DNA of 64,000 nucleotides, taken from positions 32,001-96,000 of IMG/VR virus record IMGVR_UViG_3300038335_000014, one strand, 5' to 3'. Of the stretch, positions 17,103-26,600 are shown in pieces. Source of the DNA: a virus (taxonomy: Duplodnaviria > Caudoviricetes). The position numbers were made by a program, and so were the translations under genes. The notes under the pieces were generated by a model. The model was not told the DNA's origin and did no database searches. It saw only the letters and a program-made list of their open reading frames with translations. The first letter of the stretch is position 1. Every line of letters starts with the position of its first letter.

Positions 17103-18122
17103 TTATTCTTTGTCTTTGTTGTTCTTTTTCAGATTCTTTTCAAAGGATTCCAGCTTATCAACCGCATTTACTTCAAGAAATTTCCTGATAACAGTTGTTG
17201 GATCGTACTTCATACATTTACCACCGACTACACAACGCCACGGCTGACCGTTTCCACCAAAGTCAAACATGAATGTGTTCGGCCTATTGCAATGAATTGA
17301 TGTACAAAGGTCTTGCTGTGACAGGTTCTTATTGGTTGTGTAACCAAGCGTTTTCGGGTCAGTACCGCCCCAGAGAACGATTGCATCACGTTTACCAAGA
17401 GCAGCCCAAGCATGTTGTGCAAATGAATCAATGAATATACCAAATTCACATTCTGCCAGAAGTGCGAAGATATAACGAGGATTCATTGGTTCTTTGTCAG
17501 ACAGTTTGTAACAGTTCTGCAAGTCTGGTTCAGTTGGCAAACCAATATGAACTACTGCGAAACCAAGTTCTGTCAGATGATTAACAATCGCCTGTGCAGC
17601 TTCTTTCTTGAGTTCCCTGTAGTGCTGTGGCCTTACCGGGTTCTGAGCTTCCTGTGGTGAGTAATACGAAGTACCACCGAATGGCTGAAAGGCTACAAGC
17701 GGTCTGTCAACTTTCCACTGAAGTTTAATCTGTTTTGCAACAGCTTTTTCTTCATCAGAGAGTTCAATGATACCAGATAGAGAGCTTGGAGCCTGAATAC
17801 CAAGCATTTTGCACCATGATTCAATCAGGTGAAGGTTGCCTTTGCGGTAATCAATGTCTGTGTAAGGTTCAGCTTCAAGAACAGCATAATCCTTGTGGTC
17901 TTCATAGAAGTGAGGAACTACATTAAGCATGTATGTTCTGTCAATGAATTCCAGATTGGTAAATGCTTCTGGATAACTGGTCATCGCATGGATAACTGCT
18001 TTTGGTTTCTGTGAACGAAGGGCTTTCAATACGGCGGTTGCCATAATCTGTTTACCAAGACCACCACCAGAACGCCAGTTAATGTATTCGATTTCGGGGA
18101 AATCTTTTTTAGCCTTTGTCAT
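17103..18122 (-). CDS. GT9-like (heptosyltransferase-fold) glycosyltransferase
   Basis: GGLGKQIMATAVLKAL, FQPFGG, IFIDSFAQHAWAALG, IVLWGGT, C-terminal four-Cys cluster. Confidence 0.8.
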   Translation of the reverse strand: MTKAKKDFPEIEYINWRSGGGLGKQIMATAVLKALRSQKPKAVIHAMTSYPEAFTNLEFIDRTYMLNVVPHFYEDHKDYAVLEAEPYTDIDYRKGNLHLIESWCKMLGIQAPSSLSGIIELSDEEKAVAKQIKLQWKVDRPLVAFQPFGGTSYYSPQEAQNPVRPQHYRELKKEAAQAIVNHLTELGFAVVHIGLPTEPDLQNCYKLSDKEPMNPRYIFALLAECEFGIFIDSFAQHAWAALGKRDAIVLWGGTDPKTLGYTTNKNLSQQDLCTSIHCNRPNTFMFDFGGNGQPWRCVVGGKCMKYDPTTVIRKFLEVNAVDKLESFEKNLKKNNKDKE

Positions 18123-18301
18123 ATATCAATCTTCACTCCATATTTGTTTAAAATAGCTTCAGCAGCTTCTTGAAGCGGTTTCATTTCAGATTTTGTAAGT
18201 TTACCAACGATATCATGAAAACCATTCTCAACACAATACAAAGTTAATGCGTCGAAAATAGCATCTGCAATATCTTCACGCTTAACAGTGATGTCATGCA
18301 T
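18119..18301 (-). CDS. small hypothetical protein (60 aa; 3' part of track ORF 18119-18574)
   Basis: MHDITVKRED... overlaps the stop of 18294-18629 and is ATGA-coupled to the GT. Confidence 0.45.
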   Translation of the reverse strand: MHDITVKREDIADAIFDALTLYCVENGFHDIVGKLTKSEMKPLQEAAEAILNKYGVKIDI

Positions 18302-18629
18302 TTTGGAATATTGGTTCTGTTGCTTGAAGAACAGCTTCAATCGCGGCAACCATACCAGCACCAGATAACGTGTCAACAGCAGCGTCAACATCTGCTTTCT
18401 TAACGCTGAATGAACGATTGAGAACCATACTTCGCTCAAGATCATGGTACTCGTTCTTTTCAAGTTTTGCTTTGTATGCATTATATGCATATTCATCGGC
18501 GAAACCAATGACTCTGACATCCATTTCGGCGCGGCGAACATCATAATTGAATGATTCAACAACAAATACAGCATTTGTGAATTCGTAGCTTAATGGACTA
18601 TTTTCTCGTTTTAAAGTGCCTGTGAACAT
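18294..18629 (-). CDS. small tail-fibre-associated protein
   Basis: GGAGAG RBS; resembles 23353-23652 (YEFTNA vs YQFPNA, VRV..FA vs IRV..FA). Confidence 0.55.
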   Translation of the reverse strand: MFTGTLKRENSPLSYEFTNAVFVVESFNYDVRRAEMDVRVIGFADEYAYNAYKAKLEKNEYHDLERSMVLNRSFSVKKADVDAAVDTLSGAGMVAAIEAVLQATEPIFQNA

Positions 18630-18659
18630 TTTAACTCTCCATATGGTGAATTTTGTTAC

Positions 18660-18688
18660 ATTCTATCACACTTAATTCATTTCGACAA
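18660..18688 (-). promoter_or_regulatory. sigma70-type promoter for the 18.6-17.1 kb GT operon
   Basis: Minus strand TTGTCG-17 nt-TAGAAT with TG. Confidence 0.55.
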
Positions 18689-18744
18689 CAAGAAGAAACG
18701 AAGCAAGAACTTTAGAATATCGTTTTGTGACATTGGTTAAATCC

Positions 18745-19515
18745 TTATAGAGTGTGATTATCTATTTCAAATACAAATGAGCCAACAATTTGACCAGCAA
18801 GATGATCATTCAAATATCTCCACCCAAAATAAGCATTATCGAATGTACTAATTGGAATGATAAAGATATTATCAGCATCTGCAACCATTGTGCTATATGT
18901 TGTAGTATTTATTCCAATAAAAGAAACCGGTATGAAGGTTATAGGGTCTTCTAACATCCGCAATGTAGCATTTAAAACAAAAAGCGGGCACTTTAATATT
19001 TTTCCACTCGCTGATAAGATATTCGCTTTTTTTGATGCCATTGAATATACATAAATCCGAGTATTATCAACGGTTGTATAGGGTGTCATTCCGTCACAAT
19101 AATCCTGATGTGTTCGCGCTGAAAAACATGCAAATGTATTATTTGTCAATTTTCCATACAAAATTGTACCAAATGGATTAGAACCTGTGAATAATTGGAA
19201 AAATGTATCTCCGAGAATTAAGTATGAATTAGAATTGATTATTGCATTTAGATTACCGTTTGAAAATAGAACTTGATTCGTTATTGTGGTACCAGAAGTC
19301 CAAGCATTACCATAATATGCATAAATCCAACTGTTCAAATCCGTTAGTTGTATTCGCATAACTTTATCAAAGATTGCTGGTACTGAAAAAATTACATTCG
19401 TTGCATCTGTATAATGAATGGTATAGTTACCAGCACCATAATAATCTGCAATTGCATTAGCAATTCCTTCAAGGATCGCTGGTATAGTTGGCGCAATTAT
19501 ATATTTTCTAGCCAT
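18745..19515 (-). CDS. putative tail-associated/receptor-binding protein
   Basis: Beta-rich, downstream of the fibre gene, lower GC than neighbours. Confidence 0.5.
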   Translation of the reverse strand: MARKYIIAPTIPAILEGIANAIADYYGAGNYTIHYTDATNVIFSVPAIFDKVMRIQLTDLNSWIYAYYGNAWTSGTTITNQVLFSNGNLNAIINSNSYLILGDTFFQLFTGSNPFGTILYGKLTNNTFACFSARTHQDYCDGMTPYTTVDNTRIYVYSMASKKANILSASGKILKCPLFVLNATLRMLEDPITFIPVSFIGINTTTYSTMVADADNIFIIPISTFDNAYFGWRYLNDHLAGQIVGSFVFEIDNHTL

Positions 19516-19533
19516 TTTAATTCTCCCTTAATA

Positions 19534-19764
19534 TCAAACTGGTAATGTTTCAAGACACGGCGTTACACCGGCATCAACCGATGAGACTGTCATGTGAATA
19601 GGTAAAGATAAAACAGACCATTCTTTACCTTCAATCTCTTTTATTTTATTTACATATTCACTAAAAGTAGCATCACCAACTGTAACGCCTTTAGATTCGA
19701 TTGCCGTTTTGATATCAGCTTTTGTTTGTATCAACTGTTGAAGTTTTTCTGGTAAATTTGTCAT
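19534..19764 (-). CDS. small tail-fibre-associated protein
   Basis: KADIKTAIESKGVTV...FSEYVNKI motif common at phage fibre N-termini. Confidence 0.55.
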   Translation of the reverse strand: MTNLPEKLQQLIQTKADIKTAIESKGVTVGDATFSEYVNKIKEIEGKEWSVLSLPIHMTVSSVDAGVTPCLETLPV

Positions 19765-19773
19765 GATTTATAC

Positions 19774-22536
19774 TCACAATTTCAAAAGATTCAAAAACGT
19801 TTCAAACACATTCGCATTGATAGTTCTGGCATCTCCAGTATAATAACGTGCTTTTATTTTATCATTAGCGTCTAAATATATTGAGGCTGTTAATAATAAT
19901 CCATAAAAACCACCAGTCTGATTTTGTGATGATCTTAATATTTCATTGTTTGATTCGTCTGTGATGAACAAAATATTTATACCAGAATATGGGGTGGTTA
20001 TTCCACAACGGCATGTTATAATATACCAACCAGATTTAGAAACTGTAATTACACCAGAGTCTAGTGTATAGCCACCATCGTTTTTAACGATCGTATTAAA
20101 TGGTATATCATATGTTCCGCTATATGGGCCTGCATTTGCTGATAGCGTTAATGATAATCCTTTTATCGAAGTTTCGTTTGTAATTTTCTCGCTACTCCAA
20201 GTCTTGGTTGAAAGTGATTGTGTATCGTCTATAATCGGGAAATTATCAGTTCCCAACAAAGCATCTACAATTTCTTCAACATCTTGAAATTCTGTGTCTA
20301 TCTTGGTACTGCTCCACGTTTTATCAAGTGCTGTAACCGCATCATCAATAACATCACCACCACCGCCAGAACCAGCAGCATTAACATCTACCCAGTTGTA
20401 AGCATCAAGCTCATCTTTGATACAAACATAATAAAGATCGGCAACACCAGTTGCGCCAGTCAATGTGAATATTTTACCACGATATGCTTCTGCCGCTGTT
20501 GGTAGTTCTGTTCCAGATAACAATGGAATATATGGTAAAGCATCCTGTGCGATAAATTCTATTTTTGATTCGTCGGTTGAAACTTTTGCAAGTTTATCAG
20601 AATTTCCTACCAAAGAATCAATACCACTATGTTCAGTTATGCCTTGGTTATATGTTCTCGTTGCTGGATAGCTGATTTGATCAACACCAACGCCACTACT
20701 GCCTCCAAAATCATACCAACGATTTATAAATCTTAGTTTTAGTGTGTGACTACCCGCAGATATTGCGGTAGAAAATAGTGTCCAAACAGCATTGACTGTT
20801 GTTGTATTGAAAACAGTTACATCATCCAAAATAACGGTGAATTGATCATATGTATTTTCAAAAGCAATACCATAATAGTAAAAAGATAAATCACCAGCAT
20901 TTTCATTTGTGAAAGTAAAAGTTTCTTCGGATGTGCCATCGTTTGTACCAACAATACCAGAACGTAAACATTTCACTCCGGCATAGGCAATTGCTGCCGT
21001 TAAAGTCCATGTTCCAGAATGAGGAATAATTTCATAAGCTTCTTCAAATGTTTCCGTTATTAAACCACCATCAACGGATGGTATAAATAGATCAACAAAT
21101 TCTAATGCGTCTTCATTTGTATTAACAACAGGTACTTTACCTGCCTGATTTGTATATGCTGCTGGAGTATCAGTTAGACTTAGAAAATCACCACCGCCAG
21201 AACCAGTACCATCTTGAGCAATTATTAGCCAATCTGTACCATCCCAGATGTATGATTTACCTTCGGCTGTATTATAATAACCCCAATTTAATTCTGGATT
21301 GGCTGGTGCTGCTGTAAGTGAACCTTGCCAAACGATTGAAATACCATCAACACCATCTTGTCCATCGGTACCATCAGCACCGGCGTTACCAACTATATTG
21401 GTTCCGGTTCCCCATACACTAGCGGCTTTCGGCCCAAATATTTGTAGTGTTGATGTGTTGATGTAAAAATCACCATCAACACCTTCTGTAGTTGGGGCAA
21501 TGGTTCCATTAAGGATTGTTTTACCATCAGCACCAGCATCACCGGTTGCTCCGGGCAATCCATCGGCTCCATCAGCACCAGTGATATCAGCAATGGCGAT
21601 GATATTAGTCCATTCGATATCAGATGTATGCTTCCATTGAATGTGGGTACCAGTGTTTTGAAGCATAACAGCTTCACCATCAGCACCAGTATTGCCGGTT
21701 TCGCCAGTCTCGCCCTTCAAAGCAGATAGTGCGATTAAATCAGTCCAAGTTACATCTGATGTATATTTCCACTGTATATGTGTGGCAGAAACTTGTAAAA
21801 GAACTTCTTCTCCATTAGCTCCATCATTACCTGTTGTGCCTGCTGCGCCATCAGCACCGGTAATTTCAGATAAAGCAACGAGGTCAGTCCATGCACCATC
21901 CGTTGAATACTTCCATTGGATATGTGTAGCTGTTTTCTGAAGCATGACTTCATCACCATCTACACCGGGAATACCGGGGATTCCCTGTTGACCAGTTAAA
22001 TCAATCAATGCTACGAGATTGATCCATTCTGTATCGCCCATGTAACGCCATTGAATGTGCGTTCCGTTATTCTGGACTTCAATTGGAGTACCGGGAATAC
22101 CAGGTAATCCTTGTAATCCTTGCTCTCCATCAGTTCCATCTTCGCCGGGAATACCTTGAATTCCCTGTGGGCCAGTAATTGCGGCGATTGAAATGAGGTC
22201 AGTCCAAGCTACATCAGAAGTGTATTTCCATTGAATATGAGTTGGTGAAAGTTGTAAAAGAACTTCTTCGCCGGGGACACCTTGGATTCCCTGAATACCT
22301 TGATCACCTTGGATTCCCTGAATACCTTGATCACCTTTGATGTCAACCAGCGGTAGAATGTTTGTCCAATTTTCATCACCAACATACCGCCATTGAATAT
22401 AAGCACCACTTCTACGAAGTTCAACAGCACGACCATCAAGACCAATAGGTTTTTCAATAACAACCGTTGGGGTTGCTTGTGGCGTAACAACGACAGTTAT
22501 TGGTCTACCTTGTATAATTACGGTTTGAGTGGTCAT
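19774..22536 (-). CDS. collagen-like tail fibre protein
   Basis: Gly-X-Y tracts alternating with six Q/R....IQW[RK][YH].....W..L repeats; carbohydrate-binding-like and C1q-like C-terminal segments. Confidence 0.8.
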   Translation of the reverse strand: MTTQTVIIQGRPITVVVTPQATPTVVIEKPIGLDGRAVELRRSGAYIQWRYVGDENWTNILPLVDIKGDQGIQGIQGDQGIQGIQGVPGEEVLLQLSPTHIQWKYTSDVAWTDLISIAAITGPQGIQGIPGEDGTDGEQGLQGLPGIPGTPIEVQNNGTHIQWRYMGDTEWINLVALIDLTGQQGIPGIPGVDGDEVMLQKTATHIQWKYSTDGAWTDLVALSEITGADGAAGTTGNDGANGEEVLLQVSATHIQWKYTSDVTWTDLIALSALKGETGETGNTGADGEAVMLQNTGTHIQWKHTSDIEWTNIIAIADITGADGADGLPGATGDAGADGKTILNGTIAPTTEGVDGDFYINTSTLQIFGPKAASVWGTGTNIVGNAGADGTDGQDGVDGISIVWQGSLTAAPANPELNWGYYNTAEGKSYIWDGTDWLIIAQDGTGSGGGDFLSLTDTPAAYTNQAGKVPVVNTNEDALEFVDLFIPSVDGGLITETFEEAYEIIPHSGTWTLTAAIAYAGVKCLRSGIVGTNDGTSEETFTFTNENAGDLSFYYYGIAFENTYDQFTVILDDVTVFNTTTVNAVWTLFSTAISAGSHTLKLRFINRWYDFGGSSGVGVDQISYPATRTYNQGITEHSGIDSLVGNSDKLAKVSTDESKIEFIAQDALPYIPLLSGTELPTAAEAYRGKIFTLTGATGVADLYYVCIKDELDAYNWVDVNAAGSGGGGDVIDDAVTALDKTWSSTKIDTEFQDVEEIVDALLGTDNFPIIDDTQSLSTKTWSSEKITNETSIKGLSLTLSANAGPYSGTYDIPFNTIVKNDGGYTLDSGVITVSKSGWYIITCRCGITTPYSGINILFITDESNNEILRSSQNQTGGFYGLLLTASIYLDANDKIKARYYTGDARTINANVFETFLNLLKL

Positions 22537-22548
22537 TTTTGTTCACCC

Positions 22549-22881
22549 TTATGTCACAGGACGAGTAATATCTTTGATTACAGGAATTAAAAAAGTTGTT
22601 GAAGAAAATGGTTGACCGTTATGATCTACGTCGATATCCATTTCCAAAGTGCCAATCGGCCAAGCGTTAGTATCGGCAACGTAAAACTTCAGTTTGCCGA
22701 CTTCTACCTTTTCAACTAAACAGGTATCAACCAAATCACCAGCCTTTGTTCTGATCTGTGATTTAACCTCACCGATAGCTAAATCAATTGGTGACTTATT
22801 TTCATCCAATATCTGAAACATGAACGAAAAGTAGTCTCCGCGTTTTATCTCTGGAAGCTCTTTTGGCTTATATTTGGACAT
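22549..22881 (-). CDS. BppU-N-like Ig-fold tail accessory protein
   Basis: IKRGD.F...DT..WP.G.LE.DI motif. Confidence 0.55.
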   Translation of the reverse strand: MSKYKPKELPEIKRGDYFSFMFQILDENKSPIDLAIGEVKSQIRTKAGDLVDTCLVEKVEVGKLKFYVADTNAWPIGTLEMDIDVDHNGQPFSSTTFLIPVIKDITRPVT

Positions 22882-23002
22882 CGTACACCACCTGATTTAC
22901 CTTTTCATGAACGTCGATTTCAATGACAGAATTGGAACGACTTACATTCAATTCTATCACAATTATCGGACGATTAACATTGATTTCGATAATTTCTTCC
23001 AT
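22868..23002 (-). CDS. small repetitive beta-strand peptide (44 aa, not in track)
   Basis: MEEIIEINVNRPIIVIELNVSRSNSVIEIDVHEK...; GAGG RBS. Confidence 0.45.
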   Translation of the reverse strand: MEEIIEINVNRPIIVIELNVSRSNSVIEIDVHEKVNQVVYDVQI

Positions 23003-23015
23003 AAATTTACCTCAC

Positions 23016-23360
23016 TTACGGGCGAGTAATGTCTTTGATCACTTTCCTAACATATGTAGGAGAAGTGAACTTAACATCATCTATAGTGTAATCAATGTCA
23101 AATTCTACGTCACCAAGAGGCCATTCGTCTGTATCTGAGATTGAGAATTTGATAGTTCCGGGGGTAACTTCTTCTTTGGTACATTCTTCAAGAAGTTTAC
23201 CAGAAGCCTTAGACCGGACTTCACACTTAACATCATCTACAGAGATTTCTTCTGTTACACCTTCGTCATGAAAATGAACTGTGAACTCAAAGGTTTCACC
23301 ACGTTTAATATCATCAAGAACGATTGTTTCAAATGTTGTCATTATAAACTCCTTAGACAC
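23016..23360 (-). CDS. BppU-N-like Ig-fold tail accessory protein (paralog of 22549-22881)
   Basis: IKRGE.F...DT..WP.G.VE.DI...VIKDITRP shared with the paralog. Confidence 0.55.
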   Translation of the reverse strand: MSKEFIMTTFETIVLDDIKRGETFEFTVHFHDEGVTEEISVDDVKCEVRSKASGKLLEECTKEEVTPGTIKFSISDTDEWPLGDVEFDIDYTIDDVKFTSPTYVRKVIKDITRP

Positions 23361-23652
23361 TCAACCCATTGTATTTCTCAATGGTTTTTAGATAGTTATA
23401 AGCCGCTGTTATTAGACCGGCTTTATCAAAGGATGTGATGGTTAAAGCGTTTAAAGAAACCTTTTCGGTTATCTTTTTAACACTACATGCACCTTCTGTA
23501 TCTCTTGATTCTTTATTTGCAAAGACCAGAACTCTTATCCATGCTTCATTTGTTGAAATGCGGATTTCAACGTCATGAACCTTTAAATAAGCATTTGGAA
23601 ACTGGTAACGAATTTCATTGTCATAAATATTTGAAACGATTTCAATAGCCAT
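23353..23652 (-). CDS. small tail-fibre-associated protein
   Basis: TAATG-coupled to the tip/fibre gene; AYLKV...AYNYLKT motif. Confidence 0.55.
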   Translation of the reverse strand: MAIEIVSNIYDNEIRYQFPNAYLKVHDVEIRISTNEAWIRVLVFANKESRDTEGACSVKKITEKVSLNALTITSFDKAGLITAAYNYLKTIEKYNGLSV

Positions 23653-26600
23653 TAGTTTATACCAAGCCTTTCTTCGATAATTCTCATTTTATCAGATAGG
23701 GAGCCGATGCATGATTTTAGTTCAATATTTTCATTTTTCAGATATTCGATACATGTATCATGAACCTGAACATTTTCATCAATTTCCTGTGCAGCTTTTA
23801 AAGCAATACCATCAAGAGTGTAGTAACCATCGTCTGCGAATGTTAAACCCCATGCTCTTGATACATCTTCTGCTGTTGGTGCTATAAATTCATCAAACCC
23901 ACGTTGGTTACAATCGGCCCACAACCATTTCTGAATACATACGGTTCTTAATCCTGGTAATACATAAATATCTTCAAAATTTTGTTTGCGTGTCCTTGTT
24001 GATTCATTATAGTAAGCACCATTACCAACTACTGGATATGATGTGGTTGCCTGTCCAACTATTCCATAACTCGGGGCAATACCAATAATGGCATGTGAAA
24101 CTAATGCCTGCCCATAAACACCAAATCTAACTGACGCAAAACCAGTGATGGAACAGTTACATGCAATTGAATATACACAACCAACCGCGCAAATAGCCAT
24201 ATTTGTTGTTGGGGTATATACATAGAGTGGAATATCTGTGAATGCTCGTATTCTTACTGTCGAAAGAACTACCCCCCCACCAACACAAATACTTTCAAAA
24301 CCATATGCTGTACCAGCACCACTATATATTTTGTTTTCTACATAATCGGTTGCCGTACCAAGCCGAGTATGTAAACAGTTTGTACAAACACATATATTCG
24401 CAACACAACCAGAACTGGCACATACGGCTCCTGTAAAAGTACCAGATGTAGCACAAATTACACCTTTTACATTAAGTACTCCATTGTAATACTGCATATA
24501 AGCAGTAGAACCAGAACCAACGTAAAAGAATGGGCAGTTTATTGCTATTGTAGTTCCACTTGGGGCTACATATGCTGTACAAGCAACACCTGCAAGGAAT
24601 GATGCTCTTGCTGTTGTTTGAGTTACAGAATAACCAAAAGCACATATCCATGTATTACAATCATACATTTTGCCATGCATTGCATGAGAACCGGCATGTG
24701 TGGTGTAAACACCATACGCTGGATATAAATAAACACCAGTTCCACACATATATGTTGGTGTAATAGACCAACCACCAATCGTACCACATGTTGCGGTTAA
24801 CGCAGCTGTACAAACAGTTCCTGTAAATGTGCCAGCACTAGCGCATACGGTTCCTGTAAAAGTACCGCTAGTAGCGCACACCGCCCCGGTAAATGTACCA
24901 GATGTAGCACAGATTACACCTTTTACATTAAGTACTCCATCGTAATACTGCATATAAGCAGTAGAACCAGAACCAACGTAAAAGAATGGACATGTCGCAG
25001 CTACAGTTGTCCCACTTGGTAAAGCAACAGTCCCCAATGTAGCAACACCAATTGCAACTGGTAATGATGGCCCACAAAGACCTACACTGAAACCAACTGC
25101 ATTTAAGTATGCTCCATTGTAATACATTCTTCCGAGGTTTGTGTAGCCCAATATGGCTGCTGCTGTACATGCTCCTACAAATATAGTATAACCAGCCGAA
25201 CATAAGTAAATTGAACCGGCGCCGGCAGTTATATTATGTAGATAATTTGACCCTATCGTCCAACCACCAATGGTACCTAGACAAGATGTTATACTACCAG
25301 TAAAACAACCACTTGTAGCACATACGGTTCCACAAACAGTCAATGCGCTTCCATTCCATTGTAAACCGCCAGAAGTTCCACCTAAATAGAAACAACCGGT
25401 GTTATTCATGAAGGTTTTCCATGCACCACCATCATAATAACCCATATAATCAGAACCTAAGTAAAGACCAGCACCAGATGGAGCAGCTGTACAAGCAGGA
25501 ACTACTCTGGAAATCAACGCACCTGTCGTTGAAAGACCGCGATATATTGCGTTTTGATTGCTTGTATCGACATTGACCAATGATGGTGAATAGACATGCA
25601 TTACTCTTGTGACAGCGGCATTTGACCAGTTCAAATAACGAAGTTTTAAATATTTCGCATTTGCTGGTACTTTTGCATGAGATTGCGAATTCAGTCCGCG
25701 TGGCACATCTTTGGCAGCAATATATGACGGCATTATATACATTTCATAATCAACCCAAGTCGCGGCTGAAGCCACACCAGCTACAAAATAAAAGTTATTA
25801 TTCGCTGTACCGCATGAACCATCCGCAGTAGATAAAGGCCATACATTTAATAGTGTGCAGTTACAATCATATACATATAATCCTATGTAATGTGTACCAC
25901 CAGCGATATCTTTTTTCAGAGACATTGAAAATTTATATGTATGAGATGGGTCTATTTCAGTGTAATTATCAGCAATAACTTGAACACATTGATTTGTTGA
26001 AATAGCATGTGCTCGTATATTAACACCGTCTTTTGCAACAGTTACAAGACCTGAACATGTAGGCCACCCATAAAGGTTATTACTTATCGAATAGTTATTG
26101 ATAAGTGATGATCCTAAATATGTTTTTGCGCTATAAACACCATTCGGTACACCATCGAGGTTATTAACAGTAGCTAATGCACCAGCATCACTAAAATTGG
26201 CGATACCGCTGCTTCCGATGATAATCGCCCCCTTTAAATTGAGGATACCGCTGACCGTATCATATGTCATGTACTGTCCAGTCGGACAACCAACAGCAAT
26301 GCCATAGGTCACACCCAACGTTCCCCAACCATTAAGATTACCAATTCTCACACGACTTGTTGTTCCAGCCCAAGGGCTACCAGCATGTGTATAAAGGTCA
26401 ATATATGGAGCTTGACCATTCATGCAGATACCACCACACCCACAACAACAACCATAGTTTACAACTGCTTGTCCTTTTGTTGGTGTCCACCCGCAGGTAC
26501 CACTACACATGATAACAAACATATAATCAAGTGTGGGGTATGCCTGAGAACATCCAATACATGTAACTCTCCCCCAAGAATCATTTAAACCATCTTTTAC

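Noticed and set aside
18302-18574. 5' extension of track ORF 18119-18574
   Set aside because: Overlaps the better supported 18294-18629 gene; only the last 60 codons look genuine.
24441-24989. Near-identical repeats in the fibre as a DGR template/variable pair
   Set aside because: Both copies are in-frame inside one CDS with only two mismatches, and no reverse transcriptase is present in the window.
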